Origin: an uncultured Ignavibacterium sp.
GTDB lineage: Bacteria > Bacteroidota > Ignavibacteria > Ch128b
DNA: 64,000 nucleotides
Assembly (NCBI GenBank): GCA_964454895.1
Contig: CAYVTW010000010.1
Location: 9,934 to 73,933 of the forward strand
Direction: 5' to 3'
Positions within the stretch are counted from its first letter, which is position 1, and the number at the start of each line of letters is the position of its first letter. Under the pieces are notes generated by a model, which was not told the DNA's origin, did not search any database, and saw only the letters and a program-made list of their open reading frames with translations. Shown here one piece after another: positions 19,445 to 29,318 of the stretch. The translations under genes and the position numbers were made by a program.

Positions 19445-20491
19445 TTAAATTTTGACGTGCAATGAAGCACTAACAGTGTTGTATTTAGCAATACTATAAT
19501 CAACACTCAATCCAAGTAACAATAGTTTTAATGTAGCTCCAATTGTAATTCTCGAACTGTTTTCACCTTCGAGGGAATATTTAATTTTAGCTGGTGATGG
19601 TCCAGTTGGAGTATCATAAACGACATCATACTGGACATCTATTGTGGAACTTTCAAAACTTAATCCAGCATAAGGCTCAATGTTTAATGCACCGGGGCCA
19701 AATCGTTTTGATGCAAAAATACCAAACATTGATGCAGAGGTTTTAAATACTTTTCCCACTTCAAGAGTTTGAGTAAAATATCCTAAAGAAACATTAACAG
19801 GAATGGGGAAAGGAAACCACATTGTTGGATTATGCTGAATTCCAAATCCAGTGTATTTAAATTTTCCAAGATCTGGACTAATATCAAATTCAGGAAGAAT
19901 TCTCAAAGAAACCTGAGTCCCGAAAACTGTTCCAACAGTTAATTGTGGAACCACAAGTGGTAATGCAGGTAATTCTTCAAGATACCCAGTCATTGGAAGT
20001 ACTATAGTTTTTTGTGCAAGAGTTTGTCCCTGTATTGTTGCTCCTGGGAAAACAACTTTGACTGAGTCAGTTTTTTTGCCAACAATTGTTGGTCCATTGA
20101 TTGTCACAGTAAAATCTCTACTCAAAATTTCGTTCTTAATTTGAGTTCTTTGGATTCCAGTGATGCTGCTAGGAATCAGCTGTTCAGCCTGGGCAGAATT
20201 AAATCTAAAACTACCTTTTGAAGAGAAGGTTTGATTTTGGGAACCGAAAAGAGTAGCCATAGCTACAAAACCAACATCAATATCGAGGCTGAATTTTGTC
20301 GCCTTAGGTGCACCGTGTACCCAACCTGAGTTTAAGTTTGCACCAAATGCAGAGGAAATTGGTGCAACATACGCTTTACTTGCATCACCTGTGATTTTTG
20401 CTAAAGTTTGCTCGAGTTCTGATGTTTGTGCTTGCAATAAACCACAAGCAACTATAAAGAACATTGATATAGTTAAAATTATGGATCTCAT
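19445..20491 (-). CDS. Putative outer-membrane beta-barrel protein (hypothetical)
   Basis: Signal peptide. Alternating amphipathic beta-strand pattern throughout. No identifiable enzyme motif. Confidence 0.4.
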   Translation of the reverse strand: MRSIILTISMFFIVACGLLQAQTSELEQTLAKITGDASKAYVAPISSAFGANLNSGWVHGAPKATKFSLDIDVGFVAMATLFGSQNQTFSSKGSFRFNSAQAEQLIPSSITGIQRTQIKNEILSRDFTVTINGPTIVGKKTDSVKVVFPGATIQGQTLAQKTIVLPMTGYLEELPALPLVVPQLTVGTVFGTQVSLRILPEFDISPDLGKFKYTGFGIQHNPTMWFPFPIPVNVSLGYFTQTLEVGKVFKTSASMFGIFASKRFGPGALNIEPYAGLSFESSTIDVQYDVVYDTPTGPSPAKIKYSLEGENSSRITIGATLKLLLLGLSVDYSIAKYNTVSASLHVKI

Positions 20492-21070
20492 AGTAACCTC
20501 ATATTTATTTTGGTTAATGTTAATTAAGATTAATTAATTTAAATTTCTTTTACTTCATTCACGGACAAGCTAACCATTCAGATTTTCTTTAGAATAAGTC
20601 AGATGTCGTATTTTTATGTGAGTATTTACATACAGCCTCTTAAATCGTTTACTTATAATGAAAAAATTATTAATGAGGATTACAGAATTTTTCCATTCAT
20701 TATTTTTTATCTTAGCGACTAGTCTGCTTTGGTGAATATTATTCAAGTTTTGATTGATAAAATTGTTTAGTACTAATGCCTGTCGCCATATCACCTCAGA
20801 ATAATTTATAAGAACTTAGTTGAAGTAATAATTCTCATCATTACATTAGTAAATTATAAAAAAGAACACAAATACAGCAATCCAAATTCTATTATTATTA
20901 TTAAACAAGTCAAAAAGCTATTTTCATAGATGCTAAAAGCTATCTTTTTACTTTAGCTTAACAAAGCTAATTAATGTTACATTTGATCTCTGCTTAACAA
21001 CTTAAAATGTTTATTGCAAGCTTTAAAAAAATATATTTTTAAATAATTTATTTTTTCGAAAATTCATTTT

Positions 21071-23107
21071 TTAATTGTTGAAATGTCGACTTAACCAATC
21101 GTGAACTTCTTTATACCAGTAAATAGAATTCTGCGGCTGTTGAATCCAATGATTTTCATCAGGATAATAGACAAGTCTTGCAGGGACTCCTTTGCCTTTT
21201 AAGACTCCATAAAGCTCTAAACCTTGAGTAACAACAACTCTATAATCTTTTTCTCCATGAATAATAAGCATTGGAGTTTCAAAGTTATGAGCGTAGAAAG
21301 CAGGACTCCAACGATTTATATTTTCATATCTACCTTGCCACGGTGCTCCGTCATAATTCTTGACTCTTTCATATGTTAAATCACTTGCGAATTGCCCCAT
21401 CAAATTATAAACTCCTGCATGACTAATTAACGCTTTGAATCTATTAGTATTGCCTGCAATCCAGTTTACAAGGTAACCACCATAACTACCACCCGCAGCT
21501 GCCATCTTTGTTGAGTCAATAAAATTGAAATTTCTGATAAGATAGTCTGTGGCAAGCATAATATCTTTAAATGGCTTATCACCATGAGCACCAACAATTG
21601 ATTTCCCAAAATTTTTACCAAAACTTGTTGATCCATGAAAATTTACCATTGCAACAACATAACCTGGTGCAGCAAAAAGTTGAGCATTCCAACGATAATG
21701 AAAATCATCTCCGAATGTTTGATGCGGTCCACCATGAATTAAATGAACCAACGGATATTTTTTGTTTTTATCAAAATCAGGCGGAAATAAAACAAACATT
21801 TGAACCGAATCACCGTCTGCGCCTTTGAAGTAATATTCTTCGACTCTACCGAATTTGATTTGAGCTAATAGCTCACCATTGAAATTAGAAATCTTTTTCA
21901 CAGCTCTAGTCTTAAGATCCATCTCAAAAATTTCAGCCGGTTCGCTAAGTGAATTTTTCAAGAAATAAGCTTTTTGATTTTTGATGTTTACTGAAGAGAG
22001 TGAGCCCCCCGTAAAAAGCTTTGAAAGTTTTTTAGACCTTAAATCATATTCGAATAAACAGATTTTTGCTCTTTCTTCAGCTAGCATATAAACTTTATTA
22101 AAATCATCCCCTTGAGTAAAATTTGAAAATGATAAATCGTAACTTTCTGTAAGATTTGAAATGGATTTATTTTGCAAATCATACAGCATTAAACGGACAT
22201 TATCAGCGGAATAATCTGGATCAAATTGACTTCCAAAAAAGAGATATTTTCCATCTTTTGAGAAATATGGAGATAAATCGTCTTGGAAGTTGTTAATTGT
22301 CAGATTGATAACCTTTTCAGGTTCGTTTACATTCAACAAATAGACATCTGAATTTAATGAGTCGTAAGGTGGTTCTGTACTATTGGCCGTGAACGCAAGC
22401 CAATTTCCATTTGGTGACACTGAGTATGTAATTCCACCATCGAGATTGAAAATCTTTTTCCAGCCCTTCAAAAGATCTTTTAACTCTTTCTTCTCCAAAT
22501 CATAAACATAAAGTCTTGAAACAAAACCATCAGTTAACCACGAGTCCCAATAGCGATATAACCTATCTTCAGTTACTTTAGCAGAAACTTTTTTCTCCTT
22601 TCTATTTTTTAATTCTTTCTTAAGCCCATCTAAATCATTTTCAAATTCAGGTAAAATTCTTGAAACAAAGAAAATCTTTTTTCCATCATTAGAAAATTGA
22701 GGGTTTGAAATTCCCATTGGCATTTCATAAACTAAACGTGCTTCACCACCATCAATGTCAATCTCATATAATTGAGCATTATCTCCCTCTCGTTTTGAAA
22801 TAAAAGCAATTTTTTTACTGTTTGGATGCCATACTGGGGAATTATCAGAACCTAAGTTAGTTGTTAACCTTCTTGTCTCATAAGTTTTGAGATTAATTAG
22901 CCATAAATCGGAATTTCCTTTATTCTCTTTGATATTGAATTCACTTACAACAAAAACTCCGTAATTACCATCTGGGGATATAACCAAATTTGATAGTCGC
23001 TTGAGTTGCCATAAGTCTTCTGATGTTAGAGCTCGTTTATTTTGACCTGAGATTATTATATTTTGAATAAGAAAAATGAATACAATAATTGGAAGAAGCT
23101 TTTTCAT
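21071..23107 (-). CDS. S9-family serine peptidase (prolyl oligopeptidase/acylaminoacyl-peptidase type) with N-terminal beta-propeller
   Basis: Signal peptide. TolB-like repeats (…SPDGNY…, …SPNGNWLAF…). C-terminal alpha/beta-hydrolase with GxSxG (…AAGGSYGGYL…) and ...HGEKDYRV... Confidence 0.8.
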   Translation of the reverse strand: MKKLLPIIVFIFLIQNIIISGQNKRALTSEDLWQLKRLSNLVISPDGNYGVFVVSEFNIKENKGNSDLWLINLKTYETRRLTTNLGSDNSPVWHPNSKKIAFISKREGDNAQLYEIDIDGGEARLVYEMPMGISNPQFSNDGKKIFFVSRILPEFENDLDGLKKELKNRKEKKVSAKVTEDRLYRYWDSWLTDGFVSRLYVYDLEKKELKDLLKGWKKIFNLDGGITYSVSPNGNWLAFTANSTEPPYDSLNSDVYLLNVNEPEKVINLTINNFQDDLSPYFSKDGKYLFFGSQFDPDYSADNVRLMLYDLQNKSISNLTESYDLSFSNFTQGDDFNKVYMLAEERAKICLFEYDLRSKKLSKLFTGGSLSSVNIKNQKAYFLKNSLSEPAEIFEMDLKTRAVKKISNFNGELLAQIKFGRVEEYYFKGADGDSVQMFVLFPPDFDKNKKYPLVHLIHGGPHQTFGDDFHYRWNAQLFAAPGYVVAMVNFHGSTSFGKNFGKSIVGAHGDKPFKDIMLATDYLIRNFNFIDSTKMAAAGGSYGGYLVNWIAGNTNRFKALISHAGVYNLMGQFASDLTYERVKNYDGAPWQGRYENINRWSPAFYAHNFETPMLIIHGEKDYRVVVTQGLELYGVLKGKGVPARLVYYPDENHWIQQPQNSIYWYKEVHDWLSRHFNN

Positions 23108-23151
23108 CTTAACCTCATAAGTTTGTTATTAAAAAATTCACATTCAAAGAT

Positions 23152-25143
23152 ATGAACGAAGCTCACTTATTCAAAGATATTTTAATTGTTTTAGCTTTTG
23201 CAATACCTATTATTTATTTGTTCAATAAATTGAATTTGCCTTCAATAATTGGATTTATTGTTACTGGAGTTTTGATAGGTCCAAATTTTCTTAAGATTAT
23301 AACAGATTTTGAAGGTATTAATCAGCTTGCAGAGATTGGTGTTGCACTTCTTCTTTTCACAATTGGTATTGAGATTTCGTTCAACAATTTCCTTAAAAAC
23401 TTTAAGGAAATTTTATTGATAGGTGGTTTCCAGATTTTGGGGACAATTACTCTGGGATTTTTATTTGGAATAACAATCGGATTTAATGTACAACAATCGA
23501 TATTTCTTGGATTTATAGTTACTCACTCCAGTTCGGCAATAATTCTGAAGATGATTTCAGATAGAGATGAAATTGAAACACCTCACGGAAAAATCACAAC
23601 TGGTGTGCTTGTCTTGCAAGATCTAAGCATCCTACCAATGATGCTTCTTATTCCTATTCTTGGAGCTTCATCAGAGACAACATTTATCGAAATTTCACTT
23701 CGTTTGTTTGGTTCTCTTGTTTTTATTGTTGTAATCTTTCTTATAGCAAAATTTTTGATGCCCTATATTCTTTATCAGCTCATCCAAATTCAAATGCGAG
23801 ATGTGTTTATTATTGGTGTGATTGTCTTGAGCTTCGGTATCGCTTTTTTGACTCAAATGATAGGCCTCTCATTTGCTATTGGTGCATTCATAGCAGGGCT
23901 AGTTATTTCAGAAACTGACTATACTCATCAAGTTATTGGAGAAATAATTCCTTTCAAAGAAGTCTTTACATCTTTCTTTTTCATCTCATTTGGAATGTTG
24001 TTGAATTTAGATTATTTATTATCTAATCCGGTAGTGAATTTTATTTTACTCGTAGCTGTAATCATATTCAAAGCATTTATAATAATATTGGTTGTCCTAA
24101 TGCAAAAATATCCGCTACGAATAGCAGCGCTAGTTGGTTTGTATATTTCACAAATTGGTGAATTTTCTTTCGTTCTTATATTGAAGAGTAACGAATATTC
24201 ATTATTGCCTGAAAGCTTCATCAATCAATTCATTTCAATCTCTATTCTAACAATGTTTATCTCTCCAATATTATTGAAACTATCTCCTTATATTTCCTCA
24301 AAAATCCCACAGCTCGAAAAACCTCCAAGCGAAAATTTTTTAACAACTTTGAAAAATCATGTAGTTGTAATTGGTTACGGATTGAATGGAAGAAATGTAA
24401 GTAAAGTTTTGAGAGAAGCACATATTCCTTATGTTGTAATTGAAGCAAATCCAAAAAATTTTCTTCACGCCAAAAAAGAAGGTGAAATTATAATAAATGG
24501 CGACGCTACTAAAAAAGAAATTTTAGAGCTTGTTCACATTAAACAGGCGAAAATTGTAGTAGTTGCCATTTCTGATTCGATGGCTACACGAATTATAGTA
24601 AGACTTGTTAGAGAATTAAATCCTGATGTTTATTTAATTGTTCGAACAAGATATGTAAAAGATATAGAAGATCTAATAAGACTTGGAGCCGACGAAGTCA
24701 TACCAGAAGAATTCGAAACATCAATACAAATCTTAAGTCGTGTTTTGAAAAAATTTCATATACCAAATAGTGTAATTCTTGCACAAGCAAATACACTTCG
24801 AACAGAATCGTATGGAATTTTCAGAGATGTTCGTTTTACCGAACATGCTTTCGATCAGATAAATCAAATTCTTGCACAAGGGACAATAGATACTGTGTTA
24901 ATTTCGGTTGAACATTTTGCTGCAAATAAAACATTAAAAGAAATTGATCTAAGAGCCATCACAAACGCAACCGTAATATCAGTTATTAGAGATAATCAAT
25001 TCATTCCAAATCCATCAGGAAATTTCACAGTACATCCGAACGATTTACTCGTTTTATTTGGAACTCATAATGCAATCGATAGAGCGATTGAATTATTGAC
25101 CAAGAAGGATGAACATCATGAAGCAACTAAACTTCCCATTTAA
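23152..25143 (+). CDS. CPA2-family monovalent cation:proton antiporter (Kef-type) with C-terminal TrkA-N/TrkA-C (RCK) domains
   Basis: About 12 TM segments, then ...HVVVIGYGLNGRNVSKVL... (Rossmann RCK) and a TrkA-C-like tail. Confidence 0.8.
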   Translation: MNEAHLFKDILIVLAFAIPIIYLFNKLNLPSIIGFIVTGVLIGPNFLKIITDFEGINQLAEIGVALLLFTIGIEISFNNFLKNFKEILLIGGFQILGTITLGFLFGITIGFNVQQSIFLGFIVTHSSSAIILKMISDRDEIETPHGKITTGVLVLQDLSILPMMLLIPILGASSETTFIEISLRLFGSLVFIVVIFLIAKFLMPYILYQLIQIQMRDVFIIGVIVLSFGIAFLTQMIGLSFAIGAFIAGLVISETDYTHQVIGEIIPFKEVFTSFFFISFGMLLNLDYLLSNPVVNFILLVAVIIFKAFIIILVVLMQKYPLRIAALVGLYISQIGEFSFVLILKSNEYSLLPESFINQFISISILTMFISPILLKLSPYISSKIPQLEKPPSENFLTTLKNHVVVIGYGLNGRNVSKVLREAHIPYVVIEANPKNFLHAKKEGEIIINGDATKKEILELVHIKQAKIVVVAISDSMATRIIVRLVRELNPDVYLIVRTRYVKDIEDLIRLGADEVIPEEFETSIQILSRVLKKFHIPNSVILAQANTLRTESYGIFRDVRFTEHAFDQINQILAQGTIDTVLISVEHFAANKTLKEIDLRAITNATVISVIRDNQFIPNPSGNFTVHPNDLLVLFGTHNAIDRAIELLTKKDEHHEATKLPI

Positions 25144-25798
25144 CACTATTGAATTTTTGAAAAAACTTTCAAGAAATAATAACAGGGAATGGTTTCATTC
25201 ACACAAAGATGACTATGTAAGTAATTTTTTAATTCCGGCAAAAATGGTTGTGATTGAGCTCGGAAGTTTTGTGAGAGAATATTTTCCAACTTTAGTTGCA
25301 GAACCAGAAGTTAATAAATCAATTTTTAGATTAAACCGAGATACGAGATTTACAAAAGATAAAAAACCTTACAAGATAAATCTTGGTATTTACTTTTGGG
25401 AAGGAAAAAGAAAAAAGCTAGAAAGCTCTGGTTTTTATTTTCATATCGAACCAAAAACTTTCATGATTGCTGTTGGATTCTACATTTTCCCATCGGATAT
25501 ATTAAAAAAATATCGCCAGGTTTTATTACAACAAACTAAAGAATCAGCCCTGTACAAAATTATCAAACAAATTCAGAAAAAAGGTTATTCAATTGAAGAA
25601 GAAAAATTCAAGAGATTACCAAAAGGTTTTACTTCTGAACATCCGTTTTCTGAAATATCGACTTATAGTGGTCTTTATGCATTATATGAAACAAATGATT
25701 TGGATCAGTTCAAGAAAAAAGATATTGTTGAGTTTTCAAAATCAATAATGAAAGATATGATGCCTTTGCATCAATGGATTGTTGAAAATTTGCATTGA
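25109..25798 (+). CDS. DUF2461 (TIGR02453) family protein
   Basis: ...FLKKLSRNNNREWFHSHKDDY... and ...FRLNRDTRFTKDKKPYK... are the family hallmarks. True start may be the second ATG at 25118. Confidence 0.65.
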   Translation: MNIMKQLNFPFNTIEFLKKLSRNNNREWFHSHKDDYVSNFLIPAKMVVIELGSFVREYFPTLVAEPEVNKSIFRLNRDTRFTKDKKPYKINLGIYFWEGKRKKLESSGFYFHIEPKTFMIAVGFYIFPSDILKKYRQVLLQQTKESALYKIIKQIQKKGYSIEEEKFKRLPKGFTSEHPFSEISTYSGLYALYETNDLDQFKKKDIVEFSKSIMKDMMPLHQWIVENLH

Positions 25799-25967
25799 TC
25801 TATTTCAAAACCATTGGCGATAACAAGAAACAATTTCCGAAGCTAACCCAATTTAATTGTTACTACGTTCAAACAATTATCTTAATCCAATTAAATAAAG
25901 CTTCTATCTATTTACATGCATAATAAAATCATTATTAAAATTATTTTTGTAAAAAATTCGGAAAGAT

Positions 25968-28100
25968 ATGAATAAATATTTGTTGTTTCTCTTGTTGATC
26001 TTAATTACTTCAAATCTTCATTCAGAAAATGGCTCGAAAACTATTTATGCAACTCGAGTAGTTGGTAAACCAGTTATTGATGGACATTTAAGCGATACAC
26101 TATGGTCTTTTGCAACGCCAGTTAACGATTTTCTTCAACAAGAACCAATCGCTGGTCAACCTGCATCGTTTAAAACAGAAGTTAGAATAATTTACAATGA
26201 TGATGCGCTCTATGTTGGTGTGATGTGCTATGATCCAGAACCACAAAAAATTATTGCCAGAGAATTGAAAAAAGATGGTAATCTTCGTGGTGACGATAAC
26301 TTTATGTTAATCTTCGATACATTCAATGATAAAAAATCTGCTTACTGGTTTGGTACGAATCCATTAGGTATGCGCGATGATGCTTTACTATCAGGAATTG
26401 ATTTCCGTGGATTTAATGAAGATTGGGATGGGATATGGTATGTTGAAGCAGCAGTTACTGATAGTGGTTGGTCTGTTGAGTTTGAATTTCCATTTTCGAC
26501 ATTCAAATTTCATAAGCAGAATGAACAAGTTTGGGGAGTGAACTTTGCTCGCCAGATAAGAAGACTGAACGAACAAGTGTTATGGTCTGGCGTAGGACTT
26601 AACCTTGGACTATTCAAATTGGCATATGCAGGCAAACTCGTAGGTATAAAAGATATCGAAAGAGGAAGTCCTATTTACTTAAAACCATTTTTAAGTGCTG
26701 GAATACAGAGATTTAATGGTCATAGAAAGACCGTTTTAAAACCTGGTTTAGATATCAAGTATGGATTAACACAAAATTTATCTCTAGACTTAACATTTAA
26801 CACAGATTTTGCACAAGTTGAAGCTGATAGAGCGAGAATAAATCTTTCAAGATTTCCTTTATTCTTCCCAGAAAAAAGAGACTTCTTTTTAGAAAACGCA
26901 AGTATCTTCGACTATACATTCGGTTTCAGAAATAATGTCTTTTATAGTAGAAGAATAGGCTTAAGCAGAGGAGTTGAAATCCCTATAAATTTTGGCGCAA
27001 GAATGGTTGGAAGAATTAATGAAATAGAACTCGGTATATTAAATGTCCAAACTGCTGCCAAAGAAAACGAACCACCAACGAACTACGGAGTAGTTAGAAC
27101 TAAATATGATCTGCTCGATCAATCGTATGTCGGATTTATTTTCACAAACAAGATTTCCAAAAATGGATTTAACAGAGTTTACGGTGGGGATTTTAATTTT
27201 ATCTTCACCGATTTTTTAGACAATCAAACATTAATGATTGGTGGTGGCGCTCTTAAATCCGATGAAACAAACGGAGGAAATAAAAATTTAGCATATAAAG
27301 CATTTGTTAGTTTTCCTAATGACCTGGTTAATGCTTTTTTGAGCTACCGTGAAGCACAAAAGGACTTTAATCCTGCAATGGGATTTTTCTTCAGAACAGG
27401 TTTTAAATCTCTCACATCCCATCTAAGAATTTCTCCAAGAATTAATTACCTCGGTATAAAAAAATTAAACTTTACAATATTCGAGTCTGATATTTATTGG
27501 AATAGTGACAATACATTATCAACTTCCTATTTTTCTTTATCACCATTTGGATTAGTAACAAACGCCGATGATCAAATAATATTTCGTATTAATCGTAACT
27601 TTGATTTTACAGAATATGACTTTACTATTTTTGATACTATAACCATTAAATCGGGCAAGTATAATTTTAATTCAGCTGGATTTTCGCTTAATACATCGAG
27701 AAGCCGGCCTTTGATTCTTGAATTCGATTTTGATGATGGAACATACTATTCAGGTAGAAGAAGGAATTTTTCAACTGAATTAACCTACATGTTTTCGAGG
27801 AACCTATCCCTAAGCTCTGATTTTGAGTTAAATAGAATTGAGTTATATGGAATAAAATTTTACACTAGAGAATTTGGAATGAGAATAAGGTATGATTTTT
27901 CTACAATGACATATAGTTCAATCTTTGCACAATGGAATAATGAACTTAAAGAGCTAAACATTAACTACAGATTTTTATGGCAACCAAAAATTGGAAGCAA
28001 TTTTTATTTAGTTTTAAATCATCTTATCTCAACAGAAGACAAACCCAGAACTAAAGATATTGTAATACTCGCAAAATTTGTTTGGCTAATAATTGTTTAA
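25968..28100 (+). CDS. DUF5916 / carbohydrate-binding-family-9-like domain protein (secreted, probable outer-membrane associated)
   Basis: Signal peptide. N-terminal ...VIDGHLSDTLWSFATPVNDFLQQEP...YNDDALYVGVMCYD... resembles CBM9-like modules seen in Bacteroidota DUF5916 proteins. Long beta-rich C-terminal region. Confidence 0.5.
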   Translation: MNKYLLFLLLILITSNLHSENGSKTIYATRVVGKPVIDGHLSDTLWSFATPVNDFLQQEPIAGQPASFKTEVRIIYNDDALYVGVMCYDPEPQKIIARELKKDGNLRGDDNFMLIFDTFNDKKSAYWFGTNPLGMRDDALLSGIDFRGFNEDWDGIWYVEAAVTDSGWSVEFEFPFSTFKFHKQNEQVWGVNFARQIRRLNEQVLWSGVGLNLGLFKLAYAGKLVGIKDIERGSPIYLKPFLSAGIQRFNGHRKTVLKPGLDIKYGLTQNLSLDLTFNTDFAQVEADRARINLSRFPLFFPEKRDFFLENASIFDYTFGFRNNVFYSRRIGLSRGVEIPINFGARMVGRINEIELGILNVQTAAKENEPPTNYGVVRTKYDLLDQSYVGFIFTNKISKNGFNRVYGGDFNFIFTDFLDNQTLMIGGGALKSDETNGGNKNLAYKAFVSFPNDLVNAFLSYREAQKDFNPAMGFFFRTGFKSLTSHLRISPRINYLGIKKLNFTIFESDIYWNSDNTLSTSYFSLSPFGLVTNADDQIIFRINRNFDFTEYDFTIFDTITIKSGKYNFNSAGFSLNTSRSRPLILEFDFDDGTYYSGRRRNFSTELTYMFSRNLSLSSDFELNRIELYGIKFYTREFGMRIRYDFSTMTYSSIFAQWNNELKELNINYRFLWQPKIGSNFYLVLNHLISTEDKPRTKDIVILAKFVWLIIV

Positions 28101-28185
28101 TGTAATATTTTCTTAACTGAATTCTTCTAATCATCTATCAAAAGCAAAAATTTTTTCGTAATTTTATTGAAAAAATGAGTAACAA

Positions 28186-29151
28186 ATGGAACAGAATGTA
28201 ACAAACAACGGGAAATATGTAATTGGAATTGATGGCGGAGCAACTAAAACTACCGCTGTTTTAGCAGACCTGAACAAAAATATTTTAGCTGAAAAAACTT
28301 CAGGACCTGCTAATTTCCTAATAATTGGTGCCGATAAAGTCGCTAAGACAATATCAGATTTAATCCTCGACTTATGCAACGAAGCAGAAATCAATATTCA
28401 AAATATTGAAGTTATATGCATGGGATTGACAGGTGCTGGGAGAGATGATGACGCAGAAAAAATTAAAAATGCTGTTCTCGATTACTGGCAAAAAAACTAT
28501 TCGAACCAAATTAAAAATTTGATCGTCACAAGCGATGCTCGAATTGCCTTAGAAGGTGCATTTTCTGGAAGGCCGGGCATTATTTTAATCGCTGGAACAG
28601 GCTCAATAATTTTTGGAAAAGATAGAGCTGGTCAACTTTATCGTGTCGGTGGTTTTGGTAGATATATTGGAGACGAAGGTGGTGGATACTCAATTGGTAG
28701 ACTAGGATTACAAGCGGTTGCAAAATCACTTGATGGCCGTGCCCCTGAAACAAAACTACTTAATATACTCAAAGAGGAATTTAATATTCATAACGCCGAA
28801 GATTTAATTAATAAAGTCTATAAAGAAAATATTGATTTTGCCTCAATCGCCCCTCTTGTAATAAAATGTGCGGAAGAAGGTGATGAGTCTTGCAGAGAAA
28901 TATTAAGGAAAGAAGCTGAGGAACTTGTATTACATATCAGAGCAATTAAAGATAAAATTAAAGTTAGAACCGTATATATTTCATTTTTGGGCGGACTACT
29001 CACTGCTGATAATTATTATTCTAAGTTATTACGAAAAATTATTCTCCAAAGAATTGAAGGTGTTAATGTAATCCTTCCAGAGCATCCTCCTGCATATGGT
29101 GCAGTTCTACTTGCAATGGATGCTATTGAGAATGAAGCACTTCATTATTAA
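28186..29151 (+). CDS. N-acetylglucosamine kinase-like ATPase (BadF/BadG/BcrA/BcrD family)
   Basis: ...KYVIGIDGGATKTTAVL... (phosphate-1) and ...IILIAGTGSI... (phosphate-2/adenosine motif). Confidence 0.7.
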   Translation: MEQNVTNNGKYVIGIDGGATKTTAVLADLNKNILAEKTSGPANFLIIGADKVAKTISDLILDLCNEAEINIQNIEVICMGLTGAGRDDDAEKIKNAVLDYWQKNYSNQIKNLIVTSDARIALEGAFSGRPGIILIAGTGSIIFGKDRAGQLYRVGGFGRYIGDEGGGYSIGRLGLQAVAKSLDGRAPETKLLNILKEEFNIHNAEDLINKVYKENIDFASIAPLVIKCAEEGDESCREILRKEAEELVLHIRAIKDKIKVRTVYISFLGGLLTADNYYSKLLRKIILQRIEGVNVILPEHPPAYGAVLLAMDAIENEALHY

Positions 29152-29318
29152 TCTAAAATTTTATCGCTTTTAGTTCGTTAAAGTTCTTTTGGGTTTTGTC
29201 AGGTTTCGATTAATACCTTCTCTTAATGGCCTACCGATTTTTTTATTTTACTTAATCGGACCTGACAAAATCTTTTCAATTTGAAATTCGAATCACCAAA
29301 AAATAAAAGAGTGCATCG

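Noticed and set aside
20570-20794. 74-aa ORF in the 580-bp AT-rich gap upstream of the outer-membrane protein gene
   Set aside because: No RBS, very low complexity. The region more likely holds the promoter and leader of the OMP gene.
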